A stretch of DNA of 64,000 nucleotides from Octopus bimaculoides (taxonomy: Eukaryota): contig NC_068986.1 of NCBI RefSeq assembly GCF_001194135.2, forward strand, positions 101,981,526 through 102,045,525, given 5' to 3'. A program made the translations under genes and the position numbers. The notes beneath the pieces are model-generated. The model did not search any database, was not told where the DNA came from, and worked only from the letters and a program-made list of their open reading frames with translations. Positions 49,201 to 62,658 of the stretch are shown here, in pieces (positions within the stretch are counted from its first letter, which is position 1; each line of letters starts with the position of its first letter).

Positions 49201-51446
49201 ATCAAATACAGAGATATGACATCTCAAGTTTTTAAATTAGAGCAGGTTTCTGTACTAATTGAGGATGGTTTGTGGGAAAAGTGGGCGGAATAGTGAGCAA
49301 ATAAAGAAAATAAATGATTTTACTAATGAAATAAATGAAAACAAACTGGGTGGTTTTTATGTTGATGATAATTATAGTTGCCACCATTACCATCTTCGAA
49401 ACCAGCATCGTCAACGTCGTCTGCAGCATCATCATCATCATCATTATTATCCAAAGTTAAATCTTGAACGATTGGATGTAATATGAATTTTATGAAAATA
49501 TGTTTTCATGAGAATAAAAAAAGCGATTTAAATTACGGAAAATCAATAATAAATAAACACATTTCAATTAAAATTTTAAAGTATATTTTAATTGCAAAAT
49601 AATAAAATTATAAAGGAAATTGCTCACTTGGTAATTAGAGGCTAAAATGAGATATACAGCTATTTTGAGAAAGATGATTGGAGGAGTAACAAAACTGACA
49701 TGGGTGGTTAAAATATACGATTAAATTAACATGGAAGAAATGGTATGTGTTTCTCACTTCCGATATATTAGCTTTTAAAATACTTAGATGTACAGAGACT
49801 TACCTGTGTATATATGATAGTAATGTTTGTAACAGCAAGAAATTTAAAACTCCGGAGGCAGAAAGAACTATGAGCTGTAAGGTGAGAATAAGTGGATTTA
49901 AATATGCGATGAAAATATAACCTTAGGTGATGGGAGAGAGTAAATTGGGAATTAGAAGTGTTTAATTAAGTGCAAACTATACTGGAAAGAACTATTTAAT
50001 TTAGAAAATTAGATTACATATGTCTGAAGCTGTGCGGGGTAAAGTGTACTATTAAGGTATTTAGGAAAATACATAGTAATGAAAAAAAAGATGACCTGTT
50101 TCTAATAGATTTGTATATAGAATCAAAGTTCATTTATTAGGTACATATATGTGGATTGTGTTTGTGTATGTTTTGGTATGTATATGTATATGTGTACGTG
50201 TGCATATGTGTGTATGTGCGCATAGTGACCGAAAATTTAAACACATACTGTATAATGATAATGTCAGTTTTTGATAAAAAAATTGAATTTCAAAATTTAA
50301 TAGAATTTATATAGAGATGTTACATTTTCTAGCAAAGCCCGTTTTTCGATTCATGGCCACTCTGGTCCAGCCATTGACGATAATTTGAAGCAACTGAAAC
50401 TCAAACAACAAAAGACGGTTCGTCAATATTTTGCAGGTAAAAATTTATCAATTAAGGATTCCCATAAAATAAAGTATAGTGGTGTGAGATTCAGAAAACG
50501 CAGAGATTTTTTACCCTGTTCCTCTTTATCCCAACTACCTGTTTTTCGAAATCTTTTCATAGTAGGCCCTTACGTTACTATGGTAGCGAGGTCCGTGTGT
50601 AATACTGCTGGCAATAAATCTCCGCATCTTTAAGGACCTCTTAAATGCCTCTCATGAAACACTGTCGCAGTAAAAGTGGGCAGTCAGAGTAGTGTTACCA
50701 ATAAATGTTCCAATTAATTATTTTGGTTTTAAACCTCATCATATTGCAACACCTTCACTGCATATTCAACTCTCCTAACTGTGTAATGATGGCGGACATG
50801 TAATATCTATTCTTAATATACTCACATCACTTCAACATATATGTGTTGGAAAGTGGGTATCTTCTACATATAATCCCCACTACTTCTCACAATATTCCAC
50901 CCATCTATCCGGACGGTCTTCTTTCGGAAAATGAATTATTTTTTGCGAGCTAAACAATTCAAACCATGATAGAAATTTTGTAATTCCTGTTTCCTGTCTC
51001 GCTTGAAGTGGAAATGTTCTCGAGGTATGCCAAAATGTTTTACATTGTGACGCTCGTCGAATACCGCGGTTTTCGGGAATGATTGTTGAGGACAACCTGA
51101 TCAGTTGTATTTTGTTCAAAGTTAACACAAATTAATACTGATGTTGAGTCACGCATGTAGTTCTGCTTGAAAACCCTACACAAAAGTGCCTCTTCACTTC
51201 AATTGCAATATAGAATACGTCTATGTATTGAAATCGTAGCCTGCATTTCTTCTCGAATTGTTATGGGTGAATTCTAAATACAAAGAAAAAATTAGGTATC
51301 AACGGTTTTATATGTGTACCACTTTCACGGGCATCGTATAACACATATCGTCGTGCCTATACTTTTAACCGCTTTGTAGATGCGAAACTGATGTCCACTC
51401 TATGACTGGGCATAACATTTAACTTCGTAAAACACACACAGACACA

Positions 51447-52440
51447 CATGAGGCTCCGCTGAAAAGTTCATAGGCTGTGCGAAACATTGTCATAGGATGC
51501 GATCAAATGTGGCATTTATTTTTTAACATAATTCTCTCTGTGGTCCACACACTTCTTCCATCGGTATTGCAGTGCTTGGATTCCATTGGTGTAGGAGCTG
51601 CTTTCACCCTGTAGGTCAAAAAAATTATCAACAGCAGGTATGATGTCATCATCACTGCAACTCCACTTCTCGGTAAAATAATGTTCCATGTTGGGACACA
51701 AATGTGTGTCAGGTTGGGCTAAATAGAGAAACTAGATAAGGTAGTCAACCAATACAAAGCCACAGTCATGCACAGTAGTCGTTAAAACCAAGGACCTGTG
51801 TACTGGAGTATTGTCCTGAAGAAACTAAACAACTTTTATCAAATTTTCCTGGTCTTAAGGTTTTGATAGCTTTTTGTAACTACGTCAGTGAGTTTAAATA
51901 TTACATTCCATTAATTGTGTGACTCTTGAAGACAGTCAATAAACAGAATGCCTTTTATATCAAAAATACTGAGGCCATTACCTTCCCTGCAGATACAATG
52001 ACCTTGGCTTTCTTTAGAGCAGATAAGACAGTTGTTTCCAGTGAATGAATTTTTCTTTTGACTTTGGCACAATGTGATGAACCCAGCACTCATTTTGGAT
52101 TAAGAAATGTAAAAGGATACCAACTGCCAACTATTTCTGCCTCAACAATGATAGATTTTGCTGTGATGTGATCAGCGTGGTTCCCTTTTGCTCAGGTATC
52201 AGAGAACGTGGCTGCCACCAAACAGAAATCTTTGTAATACCAAGTTCACTGTCCAGAATATCTTCAATTTTTTCACGAGATATACCAAAAGCATTGGGTA
52301 TCCGATTATAATCAAAAGTGTGCGATCCATTACCATGTAGTGAACAAGATCATTGAGTTTTTCGGTGATGAAAGTTGCAGGATATCCAGACCTTCAGTCA
52401 CCTTCAACACTTTCCTATCCCATCCAAAATTCAGCTGCCC

Positions 52441-52443
<3 letters not shown>
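51447..52443 (-). mobile_element. Degenerate mariner transposase (probably irritans-like), 5' part missing
   Basis: ELGITKISVWW..PRSL, SIFDIKGILFIDCL, YQYRWKKCVDHRENYVKK*-type C-terminus, and TIR tgaggctccgctgaaaagttc at ~51449. Confidence 0.85.
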
Positions 52444-52475
<32 letters not shown>

Positions 52476-52478
<3 letters not shown>

Positions 52479-52718
52479 TAATACAGGGTATCAAGAGATA
52501 CCACCACGCTGAAAAAATAACAGTCAAAACCTGACTCCAAAACCACAATAAATGTCCGCAAGGCACGATTAGCGAAGACGAAGACCAAATAAACCAGTAA
52601 AATAATAAGATAATTTCAAATCCTGAATTTCTGGCTTTGCATAAATGCTCTGCCTTCATCAGTGAAATATACTCAAGTACATAAATACAAATACATGCAT
52701 ATAAACAGTATACTTACA
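52476..52718 (-). mobile_element. Penelope-like terminal fragment between a (TA)n tract and an N-gap, carrying a hammerhead motif
   Basis: Contains the motif at 52613-52668, ~135 nt from its (TA)n-abutting end. Confidence 0.55.
52613..52668 (-). ncRNA. Type-I hammerhead ribozyme motif
   Basis: ATTTCA-CTGATGA-a-ggc-agagcatttatgcaaa-gcc-a-GAAAT-tcagg-ATT-TGAAAT: perfect 6-bp stem I, ggc/gcc stem II with A.A at 10.1/11.1, AUU triplet. Confidence 0.65.
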
Positions 52719-53344
52719 NNNNNNNNNNNNNNNNNNNNNNNNNNNNNNNNNNNNNNNNNNNNNNNNNNNNNNNNNNNNNNNNNNNNNNNNNNNNNNNNNN
52801 NNNNNNNNNNNNNNNNNNNNNNNNNNNNNNNNNNNNNNNNNNNNNNNNNNNNNNNNNNNNNNNNNNNNNNNNNNNNNNNNNNNNNNNNNNNNNNNNNNNN
52901 NNNNNNNNNNNNNNNNNNNNNNNNNNNNNNNNNNNNNNNNNNNNNNNNNNNNNNNNNNNNNNNNNNNNNNNNNNNNNNNNNNNNNNNNNNNNNNNNNNNN
53001 NNNNNNNNNNNNNNNNNNNNNNNNNNNNNNNNNNNNNNNNNNNNNNNNNNNNNNNNNNNNNNNNNNNNNNNNNNNNNNNNNNNNNNNNNNNNNNNNNNNN
53101 NNNNNNNNNNNNNNNNNNNNNNNNNNNNNNNNNNNNNNNNNNNNNNNNNNNNNNNNNNNNNNNNNNNNNNNNNNNNNNNNNNNNNNNNNNNNNNNNNNNN
53201 NNNNNNNNNNNNNNNNNNNNNNNNNNNNNNNNNNNNNNNNNNNNNNNNNNNNNNNNNNNNNNNNNNNNNNNNNNNNNNNNNNNNNNNNNNNNNNNNNNNN
53301 NNNNNNNNNTATATATATATATATATATATAAATATATATATAT

Positions 53345-53497
53345 ATACGACAGGCTTCTTTCACTTTCCGTCAACGAGTTGTCTTAGGTCAACTCGAGGT
53401 TATAGAAGAAAACACTTGCCTAAGGTGTCACGGAGTGGGACTTAATCCGGAACCATGTGGTTGATATCCAAGCTACTTACTTCAGAGCCACTCCTGC
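53345..53497 (-). mobile_element. SINE family B, 5' half
   Basis: aacacttgcctaaggtgtcacggagtgggacttaatccggaaccatgtgg...cagagccactcct. Confidence 0.85.
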
Positions 53498-53621
53498 AAA
53501 AGGAAGTTAGAGAAATAGATATATGTAGATATAGGGACATAGACAGATAGAAAGACAGAGACGTAGAGAAGCAGACAAACAGTCGGACAATCAAATGAAT
53601 AGACAGCAAACAGATAAATAA

Positions 53622-53703
<82 letters not shown>

Positions 53704-54534
53704 CGGTGGATGCATACACACTTACATACATACATACATACGTACATACATACACATATACAAACATAAGATTCCTTTTGAACGATGATGCAGTATTCTT
53801 TTAAAGTTTTCCCATTACTCTATGTAGCAATATCTGTGAACATTTGAACATTTCAATGTCTTGAATGCGTGCACATACTTGGAGACTTGGCTTCTAATAT
53901 AGGTGTTAGTCTATGTATCCGTTTGAAAGAATCTATATTACTCAGGAGAACTTATGTTAAATAAGATTTCGTAGCAAAGCATCTCGCAAGAATAACTTAG
54001 TAATTCAGTTTAGTTTGAATTTCTAGAAGTCAAACTTACAGGAGATTAATTAAGAAAGTTACTTTGAAGCCAAACGGGCCTGGATAATTTCTATGCGACG
54101 TGATGTAGTGAATCTTAATTTATGTCAATAATGCACACTAAATGCTTTAAATCTATTCTCAAGTGAACGGACAACATTTAAAAAAAGTAGCATTATAGGA
54201 TAGCATATCCTCGTTAGATGAAGAAGTGAGTCTCAAATCGCTTAAGTGCTCTTTTCATTGACATGAAAAATCCCACTTAACAATAACGTTCGTAAAAAAA
54301 CGAATAAATCATCAAATACACAACAAAATATTTTTAAAAACTAGACAAAGTTCCATGAGAGGGTATTTAAAATAACCAACGTTGAAAGACAAAAAAACGG
54401 TATTAGAAATGTTTAATGTTTGCAACAAAATTAAAACTAATGCAGTAAAATGTGTCAAAGTATTACGGAGAAAGAAAAATGTTGGAATGAAATGGCATGC
54501 TTACTGAAAGAAATAATAATCTATTTTTTTATCT

Positions 54535-54885
54535 TTCTTTTAGCTATTTCACTCATTAGAGTGCGGCTATGCTGTGGCATGGTCTTCAATATTTAAATGT
54601 ATCTGTTTCTTTTGACAGTTTGCTACGTTACGTAGACTTAAACACACCAAAACCGGTTGTCAGGTGGTGGTAGTGAGGACAAACACAAGCACACACGCAC
54701 ATATATATGTAATTATATATACCACTAGATTCTTCCAGTTTCCGTCTACCAAATCCACTCAGAAGGCTGTGGTCGGACTGAGACTATTGTAGAAGACACC
54801 TGGCGAAGGTGTCACGCAGTGCCTCTGAACTCGGAACTATGTGATTGGGAAGCAAGTTTCTTCACAAACAGCCACTCATGCGCCT
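54535..54885 (-). mobile_element. SINE family B, diverged
   Basis: gtttccgtctaccaaatccactcagaaggct...gaactcggaactatgtgattgggaagcaag...cagccactc. Confidence 0.8.
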
Positions 54886-57167
54886 ATGTTGATGAATTTT
54901 TCCATGACAAAAATTCAACACGATTTTAAATGCTACACACATGAACAAAGTCTCTGTATAGCTCAGTGCCTGTGTGCAAATGGCAGCATGAGGTGCTAGA
55001 ATTCAACTTCGCATATATCAAACGGTATTTTCATAGGAAGAAATCCCATGCGAACAACGTAGCTGATGCGTCAGGAATATTTGTATTTTTATTTTTCATA
55101 TAGGGAATAGTTTAGTATGATACTAAAACATAAAACTCGAGAAAAACACATTTTAATTCACAACAAACAAACGAAAACAAAAATTGTGACATCAAGAATC
55201 CTCTTTACTGATAGTGAATACCATGATCTCTACTAAAATTAATCTTGCCTGTTATATGGAATGAACAAGAGGAGCTACGCACATATAGAGATCTATATAT
55301 CTGGCGTCGTCGTCTTCAATTGATATATAGGAAATAATTAATATTCTGAAAGTAGTAGTTGCTATTATTTGACATGCGGTAAGGTTTCTGTCTAGATGAA
55401 ACTCTCTAAGAGAGCTGCTAGTTGTACGTACAAATGATGAAGTAACTGATGAAAGAATCAACTGAAATAATATCATACCAGGGTTGTATAAAGTATGTTA
55501 ACTAGTCACCACGAGATGGATAAGCATCTTCCATTTTTCAAAATTAGGATGATGATATTTTGAAGATTATCTCTTATTTTGAATTAACTTATTTCCCCAT
55601 GCTATCAACATTCCTACAGGTGACCTATCTGACACACCTAACATCCTAACCCCAACGAATTTCACTCTTATTTCACAATCATATGTTATGTGGCCTGATT
55701 CGGAAGCAAAAAACCCACAGAAATACACAAATATCATCAATAACTTACATTACGCCTATTCACTATGTACTGGATTATTCAAACATTAGAACAAGGGTCT
55801 ATATTACGATGAGAATTTGGAAACGTGTGATAACAAATTTCAATATGACTACGAAATAGATGTAGCTATATCATAATATTTTTTTTGCGTACAGGAAGCA
55901 TGAAAAATATGACAACACACTTAATAAAGTGTGTTGTCAGGTGATTATCGATTGCTTTCCTTGCTCAGAATTTTTACTATGGATTAATTTCATAGGTCAA
56001 CGTTTCTATCATCGTTGCTGTATGTTATACTATGTAAAACGATACAAACGATTGTTTTTGTTACTCTATTGTGTTTTGATTCTTGGAATGCAGGCGCTGT
56101 CTGTTTGCCACTTGGGAAAAGTAATATTTTGCTGATATGGAAGATGGATGATGCAGTGTTACGTAGTTTCAAACATACACATATTCCTAGATAATATTTT
56201 AGCATTATCCTGGGGTAAGCTCTTGCTTGAAGTAAAAACCACAGTTACAATTTTCTGCTGTCCGATTTACATTTAGATAAAGCATTTTCATTCTTAGTCG
56301 TGATGGCTTTATCACAGAGTTTAAGTCGTAACTAATAGTAAGCATATTTTGTTACAATTTTTTTATCTCTGAAGCTACTGCTATCTTGCACCTTCGGATG
56401 ATGTCTACTCGACGGCGACACGCCTGCCACTCAACAGCCAGTCCACTGTCAGGCGAAAATATTATGATAGAATACACACTACTTTCTTATTTCCTTTGAA
56501 AGACCACGTTGTAGGGGCAAGTTTGTAATAACTCAGAACTTTATGAAAATACGTTCTGAGGAAGCATAATTTTACTGTTTGTTTTTATAGGTCATCCGAA
56601 ATCTGATTAGCTTTGTTGTATAAGGACAATGCTCAGATGTTTGTTTCAAGATGAAACGGTTTAACATTTTTGTACTTTAGCTAAAAGTATCATGCTGTGT
56701 CTTAGATTTAAACATCAGAATTACCTTTAATTTAGACATCTAACACATGAAATGGGTTGGCATATTTCAATAAATTTTCGACGATTCTACATGTGCACAG
56801 TAAAAATTATATTATACCAGCATCTATTTCGTAGTCATCTCTCAATTCCTAATTCCGCTTTTGCATTGTCTATAGCATTCAATTATAATAAATATAGTAC
56901 TTTCCTTTAAACTCTAAACTTAGTTCATTCATATTTTCTCGAACGTAAGATATATTGAATATGTTCAGATATTATTTTAGATATATCTTACTTCAGATGT
57001 AGTGTATATTGACACATATGTGTAAATAAAGAAAGTGTACAATTATTTATTAAGCATATTATAATCAAATGAATAAGGTAAACCAAGCATTTTACAGATT
57101 TTTTTTAGCTGACAACTCTTATAAAATATATATGGATTTTGGAAGCCAAAGATTCATCATTTGTGTA

Positions 57168-57550
57168 TTGTTGTTGGCACTCCGTTGCTTACGACGTCGA
57201 GGGTTCCAGTTGATCCGATCAACGGAACATCCTGCTCGTGAAATTAACGTACAAGTGGCTGAGCACTCCACAGACACGTGTATCCTAAACGTAGTTCTCG
57301 GGGATATTCAGTGTGACACATTGTGACAAGGCTGACCCTTTGAAATACAGGCACAACAGAAACAGGAAGTAAGAGTGAGAGAAAGTTGTAGTGAAAGAGT
57401 ACAGCAGGGTTCGCCACCATCCCCTACGGGAGCCTCGCGGAGCTTTAGGTGTTTTCGCTCAATAAACACTCACAACGCCCGGTCTGGGAATCGAAACTGC
57501 GATCCTATGACCGCGAGTCCACTGCCCTAACCACTGGGCCATTGCGCCTT
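57168..57550 (-). mobile_element. SINE family A, full length
   Basis: Reverse complement of 37850-38229 over its whole length. Confidence 0.92.
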
Positions 57551-58954
57551 CACCATCTGTGTATATACCGAAGCTAAAAATAGGGGATTAATTCTCAATT
57601 TAGCAAATCGGGGTAAAGCTATTAGACAGAGTACCTTCAGTAGGAATATGTGATAATTTGTACTTCAAAATGGAATCGAGGACATATATGACTAAAAACA
57701 AACAAAATATTTCAATATAATCAAGAACGTTTTATCAATTCAGTACTAAAAATGTCTACTAAAACTCTCAAATAATTTCTTTTGTGTCTGGTTATTCAGA
57801 TGACGTAATAACAAATATGATATTAATTACAATAAATGACATTAATTATATTGCGCGATTTTTTAAAGAATAACATATGTGTATTCCCAAATAAATTTAG
57901 ACTTCATTATTAATAATATAAAATGCCATTCCAGAATGCTACGACTTAATAGTATTACATTCTAGAGAGGTAATTTCATATGATAATAGTATTAATGCAT
58001 ACACAGAAATTCGTGTGTCATACCTAGAAATACATAATTAGATGTTTATCATATAGATACGCTGATGTATTGATATGCTTCATAACATGTATAAATTGCG
58101 CTAGAAAATAGTTTTTGCTAGAGAATCGTGTTTTTATAACTGCATCTTATTGAATCTTGTGTAATTTTTTGTCTGATATAAATTATGCAATATTCTGCGG
58201 AATAAACATCAGGAAATGTGTAAAAACAGCATTTTCAAAAACTTTCTCTTTTACACATGCACAAGAGATGACCCAAAGTACAGTATGTAAATAGAACTAC
58301 ATTTTATGGCAAAACAGTCTTGCCTAAACTAAACGTATGAAAAAAGGGAAAACGTACATATGAACACATTGGAACTCATTAAAATGTTTTTAGTATTCTT
58401 ATTTAAAAGGAATGGAAACATTCCGTTAAGCAACGAATACATAACACGCACACATGCTTAAACACATACATTCACACATTTAAAAATCTCCCTAAACAAT
58501 TTTGTTAGAGTCTATTTCTGCAGCAAGATAGTGACAACTTATAGAGAAATGTAATGACTAAAAGAAAATTGACCTCTAGAATTTCTTTAACTTTAACGAT
58601 ACGAAAAAAAATATTCGTTTGGACATGTAGCTATCATGACATGTGAGCAAACATCTCAGAAGGTGACACCTTTCTTTCTTTATTTATTTATTTATTTATT
58701 TATTTCTTTCGTTCTTTCTTTGTTACTTCCTTTTTTTCTTTCTTTCTTTCTATCCTTGTTTTTATCTTTCATTCATCCTGTCTCAGGTAGTATTATATAA
58801 CCACATTGCGTGAAGGCAGCAGATATGTTATAAAATACTGTCCGAGATGTTTTTTATCACATGAAACTACTAGTAGCTCACACAAACGTTTTTTTGTTTT
58901 GTTTAGTGAATAGTATATATACAAAGACACACATACACACATGCACACACATAT

Positions 58955-59105
58955 TGTGAAGGCACATGGCTTGCAGGCTAGGGTGTTGCATTCACGAATG
59001 CGACATCTGGGTTCAATTCCCTGACCGAGCGTTGCGTTGTGTTCTTGAGCAATGCACTCCATTTGAAGTTAATCTGAGATCATTTCGCCATCTGACATGT
59101 GGTAC
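58955..59105 (+). mobile_element. SINE head (tRNA-like plus CORE-like) related to 37383
   Basis: gtgaaggcacatggc...gggttcaattccc...gttgtgttcttgagcaatgcact. Confidence 0.65.
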
Positions 59106-59277
59106 CCTGTTGCATTGGTACAGGGAATATCAAATTGAAGGAGTGAGTGAGATTATGGTTATAAAAACATTTAACCGCTATAAGCAAAATAATCTGTGTG
59201 GTTGTTCTGTATGAAATTGTCAAACCCTCATACATCGTCTAACTATGGCAGAGTCTATTATTATTATTATTATTCTT

Positions 59278-59309
<32 letters not shown>

Positions 59310-59322
59310 TATATATACATAC

Positions 59323-59403
<81 letters not shown>

Positions 59404-59416
59404 TGTATGTATATAT

Positions 59417-59785
59417 AGGCGGAGGAATGACGTGTGGTAAGTAGCTTGGTTAAAAGCCACATGGTTGCATCTTGGGCAAGTGTCTTCTATTATAGCCTCG
59501 GGCTGACCAAAACCTTGTGAGTGGATTTGGTAGACGGACATTGAAAGAAGCCCATTGGGTATGTGTGTATGTGTGCATGTGTGTGTTTGCGTCTCTGTGT
59601 TTGTCCCCCCAGCATCGCTTGACAACCTATGTTTCTGTGTTTACGTCCCCGGTTCGGCAAAAGAGACCTGTAGAATAAGTACTAGGCTTACAAAGTATAA
59701 GTCCTGGGATCGACTTGGTCGACCAAATGTGGTGTTCCAGCATGGCCGCAGCCAAATGCCTGAAACAAATAAAGAATAAAAAAGA
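59417..59785 (+). mobile_element. SINE family B with a deletion in the head
   Basis: gtgtggtaagtagcttgg...ttgggcaagtgtcttct...tagaataagtactaggcttaca...ccagcatggccgcagccaaatgcctgaaacaa. Confidence 0.85.
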
Positions 59786-61101
59786 ATATGTACATATATA
59801 TTTATATGTATATATATTAAAATGTGGATATGTGTGTATGCATGTAAAAGCATGCGTATATATGTATTTGTATATATATATGTATATATATTAAAATGTG
59901 GATATGTGTGTATGCATGNNNNNNNNNNNNNNNNNNNNNNNNNNNNNNNNNNNNNNNNNNNNNNNNNNNNNNNNNNNNNNNNNNNNNNNNNNNNNNNNNN
60001 NNNNNNNNNNNNNNNNNNNNNNNNNNNNNNNNNNNNNNNNNNNNNNNNNNNNNNNNNNNNNNNNNNNNNNNNNNNNNNNNNNNNNNNNNNNNNNNNNNNN
60101 NNNNNNNNNNNNNNNNNNNNNNNNNNNNNNNNNNNNNNNNNNNNNNNNNNNNNNNNNNNNNNNNNNNNNNNNNNNNNNNNNNNNNNNNNNNNNNNNNNNN
60201 NNNNNNNNNNNNNNNNNNNNNNNNNNNNNNNNNNNNNNNNNNNNNNNNNNNNNNNNNNNNNNNNNNNNNNNNNNNNNNNNNNNNNNNNNNNNNNNNNNNN
60301 NNNNNNNNNNNNNNNNNNNNNNNNNNNNNNNNNNNNNNNNNNNNNNNNNNNNNNNNNNNNNNNNNNNNNNNNNNNNNNNNNNNNNNNNNNNNNNNNNNNN
60401 NNNNNNNNNNNNNNNNNNNNNNNNNNNNNNNNNNNNNNNNNNNNNNNNNNNNNNNNNNNNNNNNNNNNNNNNNNNNNNNNNNNNNNNNNNNNNNNNNNNN
60501 NNNNNNNNNNNNNNNNNNNNNNNNNNNNNNNNNNNNNNNNNNNNNNNNNNNNNNNNNNNNNNNNNNNNNNNNNNNNNNNNNNNNNNNNNNNNNNNNNNNN
60601 NNNNNTATATATATATATATATTTGTGTGTGTGTTTGTGTATGTGTATGTGCGTATATATGTGTGTGTCTGTTATATGTGTGTAGTTATGAATGCATGTA
60701 TAAAACATGTGTTTGAGTAGTTATATATTTTCTTCTGTAATTATAATTTTATACCACGATGCGTTCATCTCATCAAATACCATTTCTCTAATTAATTTCC
60801 ACAAACACCTGTTACAAAATGTAAGAAAGAATAAACGACTTGTGTTGTATTATAATTGAGAAAGAAAATCGAAGATATATTATCATGGCATATTAAAATC
60901 TATAATTAATTAAATATCTAGAATCTCATTATGCAAGTTTGAAATAATGCATATTGCTCGTTATATAATTACTGAATGATTACCAGCCACTCTGCGAATA
61001 ATGGAATAATTTCTATGAATGCTGACGAACGCTCATATTCTAACACCTCAAAATGAACACGCTTACTGTATTCCTGTAATCTTCATACAGTTGATAACAT
61101 A

Positions 61102-61309
61102 CACGAGGGTGCTGTGAAGTTCCTGAATTTAAGGCTGTCAAGAACGGCCTGGTTGGAGGCCAAAATATCCGAAATCTTTTTGTAGAAACACTGAAGAACC
61201 GCTGCAATAATTGTATGAATCTAAGAGGGGTATATGATGAATAAGATTTACCGATCCTCCTCTGTTTTCTTTTACCAAAGCCAGTACTGATTTTTAGCAC
61301 GATCTCGTA
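61102..61309 (+). mobile_element. Internally deleted mariner (MITE-like), both TIRs plus transposase C-terminus
   Basis: Left cgagggtgctgtgaagttcctg, right ccagtactgatttttagcacgatctcg|ta; internal RCNNCMNLRGVYDE* (cf. RWxKCxxxxGDYVE). Confidence 0.7.
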
Positions 61310-62344
61310 ATCCATTTCGTTTATTCTATGTAGCCTACGTATATTAATTATAACTTAAGTGAATCCCATTCACACAACATTATAAAATGTACAGTCTATA
61401 ATTTTGAAGTGATTCTAATAAAGCAAGATATTTATTTGTGGGCACGTATGCACGCGTAAGAATATAAGGTGTCGAAATATTTTTCATGCAAAAATTGTTA
61501 ATAAATATGTCAGAATTTACGTTTTAGACAGTCATTGCTATGCTATAATCGTATAGAATGTCAAGATGCTGGCTGCTGTTCTGTGCAATTTCTAAAGAGA
61601 TAGAGTGTAGGAGCTATATTAGGACCAGATTAAGATGAAGGCTGCTATTATTTGGTGTGCAGCATCAGCAAGCAAACATCATCTTAAAGGCTATCATGGC
61701 AACATGTGAGAGGACCAGGCATTTGATATGGCTGAAAAGAATTGATGAGACGCAGCTGTAAAGGTGATGATCCCAAAATGGTTTGAACAGTAGTTGGGGC
61801 CTTGCATAATTATGAGCGCTATAAACCGACGAGAGAAAGACCCATAAAATGTTATACATTCTATTTAATGACACTTGAAACATTCTGGCATCCGATGTGC
61901 AGAGTTTTCGATTAAGATATTTCCAACTCTATAATCATAATAATATCAACTGTCACTGACATGATAGAAAGACTGCATGGCTTCTTTAAAAGACTCAAAG
62001 ACATCCAAAAAGTCAGGTTAACAATGGCAAAGATCATCAACGTCGCAATGAAGTAGAAAATATATTGCAGAAACCAATATACGTCTTTGTGGTTTTGTGT
62101 GTAGGCGTTTGTCTGGGATCATACCTGAGTATGTGTNNNNNNNNNNATATGTATGCGTGTAGGTATGGATCTATAGTAGGATTAGAAAGAATAAGTCCTT
62201 GGTATGCCAATATATATTTAGAAAACTGAATGCATTTCTGATAATTTTTCCAGTTTCATAATTAGATTATAAAGAATTGTGTGTTTATAAATGTGTATAT
62301 ATACATTTAATTATAATTGTGTATTCATTTTCTCAAATATATAG

Positions 62345-62555
62345 ACGAAGGCGTGGCTGTGTGCTGAGAAGCTTGCTTCTCAACCACATAGTTCCGTGGT
62401 CCGTCCCACAGCGTGGCACCGACCACATAGTTCCGTGGTCCGTCCCACAGCGTGGCACCGACCACATAGTTCCGCGGTCCGTCCCACAGCGTGGCACCTT
62501 GGACGGTTAATTTCTAATATAGACATGAGCCGACCAAATCCTTTTATGTGTATTT
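62345..62555 (+). mobile_element. SINE family B 5' part with a 39-bp internal triplication (62383-62499)
   Basis: accacatagttccgtggtccgtcccacagcgtggcaccg x3; third copy has 2 differences. Confidence 0.9.
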
Positions 62556-62614
62556 GGTAGATAGAAACTGATATATATATATATATATACATATACTTAT
62601 ATATATTTTATGCG

Positions 62615-62658
<44 letters not shown>

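Noticed and set aside
55442-55478. CTGATGA...GAAAT-aat-ATC hammerhead-like match on the plus strand
   Set aside because: Stem II is only 2 bp and stem I is mismatched at the core-adjacent pair; compatible with chance in AT-rich DNA
55620-55790. Open frame GDLSDTPNILTPTNF...LFKH* after a cag acceptor
   Set aside because: No recognisable domain, no good donor, short
59812-59918. Direct 34-bp duplication tatatattaaaatgtggatatgtgtgtatgcatg
   Set aside because: Low-complexity and adjacent to a gap; ordinary slippage or assembly effect
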